A stretch of 64,000 bases of DNA from Antedon mediterranea (taxonomy: Eukaryota; Animalia; Echinodermata). A program made the position numbers and the translations under genes. This document shows, piece after piece, positions 1 through 13,022 of this stretch (positions within the stretch are counted from its first letter, which is position 1; every line of letters begins with the position of its first letter). Where the stretch lies: positions 20,646,001-20,710,000 of the forward strand of contig NC_092674.1 in NCBI RefSeq assembly GCF_964355755.1, written 5' to 3'. The notes beneath the pieces were generated by a model that saw nothing but the letters and a program-made list of their open reading frames with translations, did not search any database and was not told where the DNA came from.

Positions 1-88
1 ACAAACGATCAAACAATCCTAGGCCTAGCAAGGCTAAAACGTCTAGCCTAGGCATAATTTACTATATAGCTAGGCTGAAAGGCAAAAC

Positions 89-470
89 GTCGACAGGAAA
101 CTTTTCTTGGCCAATTATGTTTTTTCCAACGATTCCACGTAGAGATTCGATGTAGAGATGTTGCCATTATTTAATCAAAATCCTATAAACGATCTAAAGG
201 TAATTTAAATGCCTTTTTAATCTAAATTATTACATATATATCTCTCCAGAAATGTACTCTCATGGCGAAACCAGTCATAACATTCAAATCGCGACGAAAG
301 TAAAACATAGGTGGGGCCATTGTATTTCAAAGGCAATAGTATACAAAAAATATTTTCCAAACGCGTACACGAAAAAGTACTATTAAACGATCGTTTAATA
401 GTGCGTACTATTGCACACCATGTGACCCACAATCGTCCAATCAAATAACCGGAATTTAATTATGTGTTAT
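89..470. mobile_element. Interspersed non-autonomous DNA-transposon-like repeat; related copies at ~2030-2190, ~4205-4905, ~9930-10270
   Basis: Shared core aaagtactattaaacgatcg...catgtgacccacaatcgtccaatca...gaatttatttagatgttatataa recurs in both orientations. Confidence 0.6.
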
Positions 471-764
471 AATAAATAATGAATAATTAATCAGATGTGT
501 GTGGGAACAAAATACCACAGCCATACAACGGTCAAATCTGAACATTTTTCAGTGCGCCTACAATGACAAAGGTTGCCAGGCGTTCTAAATTAAGAGAGTC
601 TTAAATGAGATGACGATTGGTTTCTGCTTGGACGCAACGTAAGGACGCCTGGCCAATCACGACGAAGTGTGTCTTTTGACTTGTCACATTCGTTGTGCCT
701 ATACTGTACGTCGTGTTGCGTACAAGTAGGAACCAAGCCTAATGAAGAAAACATCACAACTTAC

Positions 765-1197
765 TAGTTATTAATAGAGATACCAATTTTAGAGAAATTG
801 GTGGAACATCACAATTTTCAAAAAATGGTGTTAAGATGTATTCGGAGAAAGTAAGAGTCCGAATTACCATTGATGCCGGATGTCGTACACAAAAGACAAG
901 CCATTGGAATGTAAATGCTGGAAAGTCACCATAGATTTCACGAAGGTAATGGTACTGACCGCCAAGCTTGGGCATCGCCAATGCTAACTCCACCCAACAT
1001 AAAGAAGAAAGGATTTCAATTATTCCACAGAATATCCATACAAAGAAAGAAAGTCCAACGGATCCAACATTCTGGAATACTCCTTTAGGCGAGATAAATA
1101 TTCCAGAGCCTATAATTGATCCTATCGTTATTGATACAGCATCCAAAAGGTTAAGTTGAGGTAGGATTCGGTGTCTCTCCGATTGAATATTCGTCAT
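765..1197 (-). CDS. SLC7/LAT-family amino acid transporter light chain, copy A, first coding exon only (rest of gene lies left of the window)
   Basis: ATG at 1197, 433-nt exon ending at a phase-1 GTAAG donor (764-760). Encodes IIGSGIFISPKGV (TM1), WVELA, and PFFENC (Cys equivalent to the heavy-chain disulfide Cys). Nearly identical to exon 1 of copy B. Confidence 0.88.
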
Positions 1198-3410
1198 TGT
1201 GCCACACACTGATAGGCCTAATGTAGATCTTCCAAATTAAAATCAACTGTATTCTACTTCCTGAATGCATGTCCTTATATTAGAAAAACATAAAAAATAA
1301 TAGCTTTCTTTTCAAGGGTGTTGCCAATTTCTGAAATTGTATCAACATAAAATATAATGTACACAAATTGTATGGTTTGTTTGAATCATAATAATAACAA
1401 TGGACATATGCAACTTACTGCAGTGACTTGATTTGGATAGTATCCTATTTTTTATATATAAGATATGCGTTAGTGTTCCGACATAGATATTGTTATTTTT
1501 AAAAAGAACAAAAAAATACAAACCATAAAATGTAAATTGTTCTATTTTCACCAAATTATTTTTTTTCCATTTCACGAATGTAAAACATTCAGTTTTGTTT
1601 ATAATACACTGTTACTGTTACAAACAACACAGAAGATATCAGAATAGTTCATAATATTTCCTTGTCAATTTGATGAACTCGGAAGTGTAAATGTCTTGTT
1701 ATCATGACTTTCTGGTTTTACAGTTGGTTTTTAGTATGTGCCGTCACCTCTTGCCTAATTTTCAATTCGTATTAAAGCATAGCTGCTATTTTTACGGCAT
1801 ATTGTATTTGGCTATGTAATGCTCAATGTAGTTATAGTCATTAAAAAAGTAGTTTTTTTTGTGCTGAATTGAATCGAAATTAATACAATTATTTCTTATT
1901 GGGAGCCTTTTCAATCAGTAAAGATACAGGTATTAGTGTAATCAGTTACTAATATACAAATTCACATAAACATTCAGAATTTGTTTTATATAACATTTAA
2001 ATAGATTCTTGAATCCAAAGATTCCGTAGGCGGCATTTAGAATCAAAGTAATGGCATTGACATTTTTTTTTCGTATTCGAGAAGATTTTTTTTTTGTACA
2101 CATCAAAAAAGTACTATTTAACGATCGGTAAAATGTGCATACTATTACACGCCTTATGACTCACAATGCAGGAATTTATTTAAATGTTATATAACTATAA
2201 TGCTGCTGCATGATAATCACTATTATCATGTAACAATATAACAATAATGCGCTGATATTGCAGCATTATTTTGCCCAATAAAATCGGAAATTCTTTTCCG
2301 TATACTGTATGCATGTCAGATTAAAGATGGTAGGACCTGGCTTCCAGCTTCATTATACTCAACATGTTTGTTTGAGAATCCATTAGAAAGGTAGAAAGGT
2401 AGAAAGGTTAATGAAAGGTGTAGCTGGCCAGGAGAAACAAGGAGTATTATGGTGTAGCTTTGGTTGCAACATCCGTCACCAGCAAACAATGGTGCACGGC
2501 TGCAACCAGTTTTGCGACAAGATAATTCCAATTCTACTACAAGGAAGTTCCTTAAATATCCGTGTGTTGAGTGTATGTTCATGCCTCTAGACGAGAAATG
2601 TTCATTTTAAATGTTTGAAACAGGATCATAAGAATGTTAGTGTTGTTTTATGAATCAGTAATTCTATCAGTTTTAACATTTTGCAATAGCTTGGTTTTAC
2701 AGTCTTGATAAACAAAGTATGAAGAGAAATTCAGCTTACAGTTAGTAATAACGCTAAATGCATTGTTAACAGTGCCGTAAGTAAACAATTTAAAGTAATT
2801 ATGTCGGATGAGTATCAACCTCTCTACCACGACTACCTTGTATTTAGTAAGTCAGGGCGTGTATCGAAGATGGAAAACCAATTAGATGAGAAACTCATTT
2901 CTCTCAACTCCAATGAGGCAATTAAATGAAACATGGAAACGTTGATAAATTTATTCAATACCTTTAAACACACCAAACTTGTATTGTACTTGTATTTTAT
3001 CTGTATTTTGTGTATTTTAAAGGATGTGTTTTCGAATACACAGTAATTTCAGCGTAAACAAATGGCGATTTCAAATATACGTACCGCATGACTATAAAAA
3101 ATGTCGATAGGTGTAACTATCCAGAAGTTTTTATAAAACTGTATCTCTTGCTAAGAGTCACTGTCAAATATTGATAAAATCTAGCCCTGGAGTTAAAATG
3201 TTCAATATTGATGCCTTAAAGTGTATAATGCACTTATATACTGATTTTTTAAGCAATGGCAATGCTTTAAATTATTTTGATATACTTTATCCTGCTATAT
3301 TTTCATTACCCTAAGTTTTCACTGTTTTGTCTGCTTTATGTAGAAATACACATGATGATGATAACATTGAGTTATGGGTTGTTGAAGAGCCTGGAATGTT
3401 CGTAATGCCT

Positions 3411-6400
3411 TTATTCTTCCTTATCTTCTGGTAGAGAAACTGTCAATATTTGAAAGAATCTAGTAATAATACCTGAAAAAAGATTCAATTTTTGATTAAT
3501 TTGAACTTACTTATTATTTAATAGGCCTTCTTCTAGGATTTTCTAGGATTATCTGTTCTTTAATTTGTTATGGAATGGGGGAGCGTAGGCATATCAACGG
3601 ATGCTAAGACAATATTTACTCATTCGTTATATTGTGTATGAAACCCTACCGCCATTTTCAATATAAACATGTAAGTCAAGAAGAATTACCGTACCAGATA
3701 TCTTTCCGGCAAGTGCCACTTTGGTTCTCGGATACACGCCCAATAGATAAGCAGGTATAACAGTCATGGTGAGAGCTAAGCCTACCAATGCTTTCATGGG
3801 AGCAGATATAGCAGCCAATATAATGCCACCAACATACGTAACTAATGCTATTATTGGAAATGCGATAGGAACCTGCATGAAAGGGAATGTAAATCTGATA
3901 ATAAGAAAAATCATTCATGATGTATTTTCGGTTCACGGAAATATTGAAATATAAAAGGTAAGGTAAAACTAACTAGTGCTTTGAAAGTACCGTAGGTCGT
4001 AAACTGTTTTCACTTATCAATTGTACGTACCTTGAATGGTTTGTTGATATCCGGTCTGAACCATCTCAAGACAAATATTGTCGATAATGCCAATCCATCA
4101 CAACAAGTACTAACAAACCCCAGATACGTGATTAATGTCCAGATATCGAAGAACAGATAAGCCAGTATCAAAATACACTGTAAATAATAAATGTTTATGA
4201 GTGTAATGTTACAAATAATGAACAAAAGTACTATTTAACGACCGTTCAATAGTGCGTATTATAGAACACCTAAATAAATTCCTGTCATTTGATTGGACGA
4301 TTGTGGATCACTTGGCGTGCAATTGTACGAAAAATTCCTATTGTGTACTTTCGTTGCAATGTTATATTGTTATGACTGGTTTAGCGATGGAGGTACATTT
4401 TTGGAGAGATATATAATATGTACTACTTTAGATCAAAAAGCATTTAAATTGAAAGACAGCAATACGAAATTTCGACAGGCATCTGGAAATTATCTAAGCT
4501 AATTATGTTTTTTCTTACGATTCCACGTCTTGTGGAGATGTTCCCAATAATTAATCAAAATCCTAAAAACGACCTGAAGCTAATTTAAATGTCTCTCTAA
4601 AAATGTACCTCCATCGCCAAACCAGTCATAACAATAACATTCGCTACGAAAATTGGTGGCGATGTTGTATTTAAAAAGTAAAAGTATAAAAAAAATATTT
4701 TCCAAACGCAAACAGATTTTTTGTTGGTACACGAAAAAAGTACTATGAAACGATCGTTTAATAATGCGTATTATATAACACCTATATAAATTCCTGTCAT
4801 TTGATTGGACGAATGTGGGTCACATGGCGTGCAATAGTACGCACTATTCAACGATCGTTAAATAGTACTTTTTAAAATAACTAGAATTTATTTAGATGTT
4901 ATATAAAACAAATAATGAATGTTTTGTATTCGTGTAATGGTACAAATAATGGCACTTGGTGAATGATGAAAGGTTATATCAACTCGGCTTTGCCTCGTTG
5001 ATATAACCTTTCATCATTCACCTCGTGCCATTATTTGTACCATTACACTCATAAACATTCATTATTTGTATACTATTGCATGCCATGTGATCCACAATCG
5101 TCCAATCATAAGGACATTTATTTAGGTGTTATATAAAATGGTATATTCAACAACAAAATGTGATTATTTATAATGCTTGTTTCTACATACACATATTAGG
5201 ATAGATCCGATTGGTGTCTTATACTTTATACTGACCAGCGCAATAGATTCTGGAAACATTCCGTCTCGAGCAGTTGCATAAAATGATCTGAAATAATATT
5301 GAAGAGTAGTAAGACATAAGTCAAATAGCATAGCATACCTCTAAATAAGTACAATACCTCTATATAAGTTGTAGGTCTATGTTACTAATCTCTCAATTGA
5401 TCGTGAATACGTCAGCAAAAACTGTGTACACGTATACTATTTTATATTATGGCCTGAAGTTTTTGTGTAGTGGATAAGGTGATTGCACAAAATGTTGTGT
5501 AAACAACGTCACGGTGCCATGTTTAAATTCGTATTGATCAGGTTCTATTAAGTGAAAGATATTGAAAATATGTATGCAATTTAAAAAAAAAAAACCTTAT
5601 TACATGAAATAAACTACTCCTTTGTTTGATCACCTAGGTAGGGGTCCGGGACCGCGACAGAACGACAACGGATGGGGACCCTCCAAAGAAATTGCATTTT
5701 ATTTGTCAGGAATGTGTATGATTTATTTCTTTTTTATTTTTAAATGCGCCTTGAGCACTCTGGAGTGGTATGTGCGCTATACAAATCTTATTATTATTAT
5801 TATTATTATTATAAACCATGTATCTGGATGTGTATTACCCTTACCTAGGCGCCGACAGGAATCCCGTCATCGGCATCGCTGACAGTGACACTAAAATAGG
5901 TATTACCCAACGAAAAGAACCGAGTGTCTTTTCTGAAAATGTCTGAAATATTTAAAACACAATTTTACCTGTTAAAGTTTATTAAAATGGTTTATCAAAA
6001 AGCATAATGGAAATACAGTGTCAAAAGTGACATTGCTTTTTTACCAAATTGCAGTGATACAGTTAAAATCATGTGAAGCTGTCACGGAAATATACTCATG
6101 TGAAGCACACATAAAACATTTTGCTACAGAGAGAAAAAAGCAATATAATTACCACAGCCACAGCATTTGAATCAAGCATCTCATTGGGAGTAAGCACAGC
6201 AAAATAGGCAACGTTTGCCAATATGTAAAGAAAGATTACCATAACAATCGAAATTATGGTAGCTTTTGGAAAATCCCTGAAATAAGTACAATTTACAGAC
6301 ACGATTCAAATTTTGAAATTAACACACTTGCTTATCTAGGTGAAATCATAGATCTGTTATAGTATCTTTTTTTTCTTCTGACCAACAGTACTGTAGGCAT

Positions 6401-8694
6401 AGAATTTCCAATTAATTAGATATTATGGGTTTGTTTCTAATCCGATTAAATGGCATGTTGGGTGCCTATTTGCTCGATGTCGTATATATATACCCAGGAA
6501 GTGAATGTAGATGCTGCCTAAGACTGTTTAAAATTCCGATTGTTCCATGTCTTTTTACTAAAGAGTTTTTATAAAATCCTCTTATCTCTTATGAATTTAC
6601 TTGTTTTTCAGAAAATTACTGTACCTCCTAGGATTTCTGAATTCTTCAGTCATTGCCATCATATTATCTCTGAAAAAAAAAATACAAAAGCACGTGACTA
6701 ATCTTGGACAATACCCTTTATTATAACATATACATTTGTTTATATAACAATATATAAATTTGACTCTCTGTAGTACAATGACTGGAAAATTGATGTTCTT
6801 TTTAGGCGTTTATGCTATGCTATTCATACCAATACTCTAGTCAATATCAACTTGAAATGGGGTAATCTAAATCTTACCCTCCTCCATACGACCAAATTGC
6901 AGCGTAGTATGCCAAGCCAAGTTTGGTCCAATTAATATTTTCAAAGGAATTTTCAAAGTTTCCATTTTGGTCACCTAGGAAAAATACAACAGTTTTTAAT
7001 GTGATTAACTAACGAAGAAATACGTCATATTACAGGCATAATGCTAATATAGAATGACCGATTGTGTTTACTTTGAGAATATTTTTTTTTTTTACTATTA
7101 TAATTTTATGCGCATCGTATATTTCGATGGAAAGCAATTCATTTACACGTTATAATAGTAAGATACGTAACATGTCACATAGTAAGACTAAAATAGTACC
7201 AAATCAACTATCGTGAAACATAAAACAGCTTGGGTGAAACAACCGAAAAGATGTCAGTTTTAAGCATACTATAGATGAATGAAACCACCATTTAACTAGA
7301 AAAATAATAATAACAATTACCGTTTATACATAAATATACCAATCCAGTGATGATGATGATAGCCAGTGCTAGAATCTTTGCCGCCATTAAGAAGTTAACA
7401 GTTCCTTTAGAGACACGGACACTCACCGCATTCATAAAACCACAAAGCACTGCATAACAATTATAAAAAAAAATAATACATTACATACCTACATATATAA
7501 GTGCTTATATATTTTTTAAAACTGGCTGGTACCCTACCCTTCAGAAAAAAACTTGTTGTAAGTGCCAAGTTTATATATTAGGCACTGGCCTCATACCGTC
7601 ACGGCATACGTGTTAATGTTAATTCCTAGGTATAGAGAGGAGAAGGCAGGAAATGCAGCTTCCTTTATTTTAAGTTTTGCCCTGAAAACGTTAACAATAT
7701 AACTGCATGAATGGCCGAAGAGGGTATATTCAATCTTAACTGGTCAGTGTAATCGTTAAAACATCAGGTTGATGATATTTAATAAGCATAATATTAACCC
7801 CTGGTTAATGATCACGTACAGAAAAATGCATTTCAGTATGTAATAAAAACAAAGTTGGCATTGTAATACAAACTCCTCTCCGTTTCATTTACAAAGCAAG
7901 AAAACGCTTCTTTTTTTAGTTACGTTGGTATCTGTTGCCGTAAAACAGTTTCACTGTATTCGTTATGTATGTTGTAGTATCTTAATATTGAATAATGAAT
8001 CAGATGTGTGCGGGAACGAAAACAAATTACCACTTATAAATAGCGGTAAAATCTTAATCTGAGCGCGCTTACTATGACGAATGCTTCCAAGCGTTGTAAA
8101 TAGAGTCTCAAATGAGATGACGCTTGGTATCTGCTTGGACGCAAACGTAACGCAATCATGACATAATGCATCGTCCCAACTGTCACCTGCGTTATGCCTA
8201 TACTGTACGTCGTACAGTAACAGTAGTAACCAAGCCTAATGAAGGAAACAACACAACTTACTAGTTATTAATAGAGATACCAATTTTAGAGAAATTGGTG
8301 GAACATCACAACTTTCAAAAAATGGTGCTAAGATGTATTCGGAGAAAGTAAGAGTCCGAATTACCATTGATGCCGGATATCGTACACAAAAGACAAGCCA
8401 TTGTAATGTAAATGCTGGAAAGTCACCATAGATTTCACGAAGGTAATGGTACTGACCACCAAACTTGGGCATCGCCAATGCTAACTCCACCCAACATAAA
8501 GAAGAAAAGATTTCAATTATTCCACAGAATATCCATACAAAGAAAGAAAGTCCAACAGATCCAACATTTTGGAATACTCCTTTAGGCGAGATAAATATTC
8601 CAGAGCCTATAATGGATCCTATCGTTATTGATACAGCATCCAAAAGGCTAAGTTGAGGTAGGATTCGGTGTCTCTCTGATTGAATATTCGCCAT
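3411..8694 (-). CDS. SLC7/LAT-family (b(0,+)AT / y+LAT-like) amino acid transporter light chain, copy B, complete, ~469 aa
   Basis: Ten GT-AG exons: 8262-8694, 7321-7449, 6878-6974, 6625-6669, 6153-6276, 5845-5942, 5191-5287, 4031-4177, 3695-3872, 3411-3472. Total 1410 nt with consistent phases and TAA at 3411-3413. Motifs GSGIFISP, TEEFRNPRRDFP, NVAYF, ARDG, RPDINKPFKVP. Confidence 0.92.
4908..5069. mobile_element. Palindromic MITE-like foldback element in an intron of copy B
   Basis: Near-perfect ~70-bp inverted arms (caaataatgaatgttt...gttatatcaac / gttgatataac...aaacattcattatttg) around tcggctttgcctc. Confidence 0.75.
5700..5812 (+). mobile_element. 3' tail of an L2/CR1-group LINE or a SINE mobilised by one
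   Basis: aaatgcgccttgagcac...tgtgcgctatacaaat followed by an (ATT)n tail, the usual stem-loop plus microsatellite terminus. Confidence 0.5.
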
Positions 8695-10392
8695 TGTGCC
8701 ACACCTAATGGATTTCTTCCAAATTTAAATCAACTGTATTCTACTTCCTGAATGCATGTGCTTATATTAGAAAAACATAAATAATAATAGCTTTTTCTTT
8801 AAGGATGTTGCCAATTTCAATTTCAACGTACATACGCAACTGCATAGAATTGATTTGGATAGTATCCATTTTTGTATATAAGTTAGTGTTCTGACATAGA
8901 TATTGCTATTTTTAAAAAGAACAAATACAAACGATTGTATGTAAATTGTTCTATTTTCACCAATTGATTTTTTTGTTCCATTTCAAGAATATAAAACATT
9001 CATTTTTTTATAACACACTGTTACTGTTAGACACAACATAGAAGATATCAGAATATTTCAAGATATTTCCTTGTCAATTTTGATAAACTCGGAAGTGTTG
9101 TAAATGTTTTATTTTCATGACTTTCTGGTTTCACAGTTGGATTTTAGTATGTGCCGTCACCTCTTGCCTGTTATAGCTGTTATTTGTCATTAAATGATTT
9201 CGTTCTTTTTATAGATGATGGATAATTTTTCCTTTTCTTTTTGTTGGCAGTTTTGGGTGATCTGTTTTATTCTCAATAAATAAACTGCTAAGTCAAAAGT
9301 GCAGTGCAAAATAAAGGTTACCTATTGCTGTTAAAAGCAACCTATTCACAACGATGTTAATTTATAAAATATAATTTATTTATTTCATACCACAATTGAC
9401 ACAAAGCCAAGGATCTGACACTGAGAAGCGTTATTATTTTATCACATTTTACGGCATATTGTATTAGCTATAATACTCAATATAATTTTAGTTATTACAA
9501 AAGTAGTGCTTCTTTATGTGCTGAATTGAATCGAAATTAATACCATTATTTTTTATTAAAAAACCGTTTGAATCAGTAAAGATGCAGGTATTAGTTAACA
9601 ATATACACATCCACATAAACATTCATTATTTTGTTCTAAGTAACATCTAAATAAATTATTGTCATTTGAATTATATTAAACGATGGGTACTGTTGATTCA
9701 CATTGAAACAGCGAGATTTATTTGTTTTTTTATAAAATATTTACATTGCAAGATAATGTTATATACCTTTTTTTTCTAATCTCATAAATATTATATTTCT
9801 TTGGATTTTGTAAACGCATTTGTAGTTTTAAGTATGTCAACGGATGACAAAAAAGGCCTAGACCTAGCTAGTCTAAAGTGGCAAAAGTAGGCCAGGCTAG
9901 AAAAGCAGCGATACCATTACGAAACTTCGACGATGAAACTTATCTAGTCTAATTCTGTTTTTTCCAACGATTCCACGTCTTGTGCAATTGTCAATTAATC
10001 GAAATCATACAAACAAACAAACAAAGATATATGGCTAATTTAAATGCTTTTTTTGGTCTAAATTAGTATGTTTATCTCTCCAAAGTTTCGTACGCGGCGT
10101 TCAGAATCACAGTAATGGTCCAGGTATTGACATTTTTTGTTCATACGCGAGAACATTTATTTTTCGTACACAAACAAAGGATAAACAGTACTATTTAACG
10201 ACCGGTCAAATGTGCATACTATTGCACGCCTTGTGACCCACAATGCAGGAATTCAGTTAGATGTTATATAACTACAATGCTGATGCATTTCTAATTACTA
10301 TATGATGGAATAATATAACAATAATAATTAATTGCTCTTGCAACAAGTTGGATTAAAGATGTTAGGAAATAATATTCTTTAAAGAGAATGAC

Positions 10393-11082
10393 CTGGGGTC
10401 GGATTTATAAAACTTGCTTAGCAAAAAAATCGTCTTAACTTTGCTTTGAGTTTTTCTTAATAAGTCGGATTTATTAATAATACTAAGCAAAAATGTTTAC
10501 TTAATGATATCTTAACTCTAAGACGAAAAACATTACATTTCTGCAACATAAATTTTAATTTTTTTTGACAACGCTGGAACATCGGACGTTTGGAAGGGGA
10601 TACGCTAGTGCGTTTTCCGTGGTACCACGGACGCTAAAATAATGATATCGATTTTCGGTAAGATTGCCCAGAAATTAGACGAGCAAAACTAATATTTTCG
10701 GTATAGGTACGACGGACCAATATGACTAACTTTTAGAAAACTATCATTGATAAAAATAAATAAAATGTTGATTTGATTTGAAGTATAGCGCGAATGATTT
10801 TCGTATAGATTTCAAAATGTGTGCTCTTTCTCTATTTCAAGTTATAAAAACATAATAACCAACTAAAAATTTGACATAATGAAAATGTTATAGCGCCGCC
10901 ATCGCTAAATAAAAAAACTATTAAGACATAAATTGCTGTCCTCTAGAGTTTAATATTACGCATGCGCAACGTAACATTTACAAGAGTTTTTTTCTGCTAA
11001 GAGGCTTTGATAAATAATTATTTGCTTAAGCACTTATTAAATATTTCAGCTTAAGCAAAAATATAAGCAAATATTGATAAAC
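10393..11082. mobile_element. Non-autonomous DNA transposon (MITE-like); inverted, interrupted second copy at ~24797-26293
   Basis: End ctggggtcggatttataaaacttgcttag matches the reverse complement of ctaagcaattttgataaatccggcctctg (~26265-26293). Internal blocks (tgatttgatttgaag, ctctagagttt, tttctctatttcaag) recur inverted at 24800-25400. Confidence 0.6.
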
Positions 11083-11795
11083 TAGAGGGTGATTATTATT
11101 CTAAGTTATGTTTTAATTGGAGAGGTTTTGGCCGTTTATTCAAATAAATACCATCCTAATTGGTATAATACATTATTTAGTTTAAACATATTCTTTTGCA
11201 ACTACCTTCCGCAACATAGTGGGCCGTTTCAGCCTAAGAAAGAAGACGTTTTAGAAGACTTGCAACATGGGCAGAAGTATCTCAGGATCCTAACGGGATA
11301 GTCCACAGTAATTTTACTCAACAACTCGGCTATCGGGGTTTCACTCGATTTAAAAACAAAAGGTCTTATGATCAGTTCTCCCGATGTAATTTTATATACT
11401 ATTCCCAAATATACTCTGATGCTTTAAGACTCTATATACAAGTTAGTCAAACATATTTATTTGCGAAGTCTCCCAGGATAAATATTTGGTATAACACAAG
11501 TAGGTAAATGTATGAGGCATAAACTTTTAAAACATTTTTCCGTTTGAAGCACAATTTTTTTACTGTGAGTGTGAGTCCTGTTAAATATATACACATATAC
11601 AAATGAACCTAATTATTACTGACATCTCTACATTTGTATTAATTAATAATTACACAAATAAAAACGTCGTACAGTAGTGGGGTATTCAATCAAGTTCAAC
11701 GTAAACATTTATTTTCATTTCTTTCCTAAACTATTACAATAATATAAATTATTAAGGTACTTAAATAATGTAAGTAAGTATTACATTTCAAAAAA

Positions 11796-11830
<35 letters not shown>

Positions 11831-12322
11831 CAATGATGTTGCGTAGCACTGTGTAAATTATATATAAATCATACTGTAAATTATAGAAATAGTGCTCATA
11901 TTCGGAACATGATCTCATAATCGCGTCGAGCATTTGCGACTTATTTATTAATACTTTGTTGAAACTATCACTGTCATTTTGTTGTATTATAAGGTTTATT
12001 TGTTGCTACTAAATATAAAAGAAAAAAGAAAAAATATTAATAATTTTATGAATAAACAAAGAGTAATCATACATTATTATTTATATATAATTATATATAG
12101 AATTAATGTTCATTGCCTAATTTGTTTATATATATAAAAGTATCTCTTCGGAGATCCCGCCTCGTGAATAAAAATACTGAAGATTCGGTTTTGAATTAAT
12201 GTTCATTGCCTAATTAACAACAGGCAAACATTAATTCTCAACCGCCCGGTGATATACTGAAATTTAATTAATTAATTTGAAACGATACATGATGAGGAAA
12301 TCTGTGAGAATGAGAAAAAAGT

Positions 12323-12390
12323 CGCCCCAACCGAGTCTCGAACTCGAAACGCTTGATATGCAGATGTCCTAACCATTAGACTACTGGGGC
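12323..12390 (-). pseudogene. tRNA-like unit type 2 (anticodon loop ATATCAA; short deletion at the anticodon stem/variable loop)
   Basis: Acceptor GCCCCAG/TTGGGGC, A-box TAGTCTAATGG, B-box GAGTTCGAGAC, T-run terminator. Confidence 0.6.
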
Positions 12391-12410
12391 TTTCATGGTA
12401 TTGTTCGAAC

Positions 12411-12493
<83 letters not shown>

Positions 12494-12602
12494 CATACTG
12501 TAAATTATAGAAACAGTGCTCATATTCGGAACATGATCTCATAATCGCGTCGAGCATAGCTCATTGGCGAAAGTTCCGTATTTTTTTAGTTGTATGAAAA
12601 AA

Positions 12603-12674
12603 TGTCTCTGGCGGGATTCGAACCTGCAACCTCTCGCTTACAGGGCGAGTATCATACCACTAGACCACAGAGCC
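12603..12674 (-). tRNA. tRNA-like unit type 1 (tRNA-Pro-like body, anticodon loop CCTGTAA); repeat-borne and probably non-canonical
   Basis: 72-nt cloverleaf: GGCTCTG/CAGAGAC acceptor (1 mismatch), A-box TGGTCTAGTGG, stem CTCGC/GCGAG, B-box GGTTCGAATCC, then T6. Confidence 0.55.
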
Positions 12675-12721
12675 AGATACATTCTCTCTGGTGGGTGAAA
12701 ATCTGTGATAATACCACACAT

Positions 12722-12793
12722 GGCTCTGTGGTCTAGTGGTATGATACTCGCCCTGTAAGCCAGAGGTTGCAGGTTCGAATCCCGCCAGAGACA
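12722..12793 (+). pseudogene. tRNA-like unit type 1, right-arm copy (one anticodon-stem mismatch)
   Basis: Mirror of 12603-12674 with GCCAG replacing GCGAG. T6 at 12794-12799. Confidence 0.6.
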
Positions 12794-12954
12794 TTTTTTC
12801 ATACAACTAAAAAAATACGGAACTTTCGCCAATGAGCTATGCTCGACGCGATTATGAGATCATGTTCCGAATATGAGCACTGTTTCTATAATTTACAGTA
12901 TGATTTATATAATATATATATATATATATATCGAGTTCGAACAATACCATGAAA

Positions 12955-13022
12955 GCCCCAGTAGTCTAATGGTTAGGACATCTGCATATCAAGCGTTTCG
13001 AGTTCGAGACTCGGTTGGGGCG
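12955..13022 (+). pseudogene. tRNA-like unit type 2, right-arm copy
   Basis: Mirror of 12323-12390, followed by AC and T6. Confidence 0.6.

Noticed and set aside
968-1159. Plus-strand ORFs repeated at 968, 8465, 24009, 44376, 47261 (also 3766, 16413)
   Set aside because: They are antisense shadows of the conserved SLC7 exons; their recurrence is explained by the minus-strand coding.
12603-12674. Canonical functional tRNA-Thr/Tyr gene
   Set aside because: C at position 33, stem mismatches, an anticodon that varies between copies, and repeat context. Kept only as tRNA-like.
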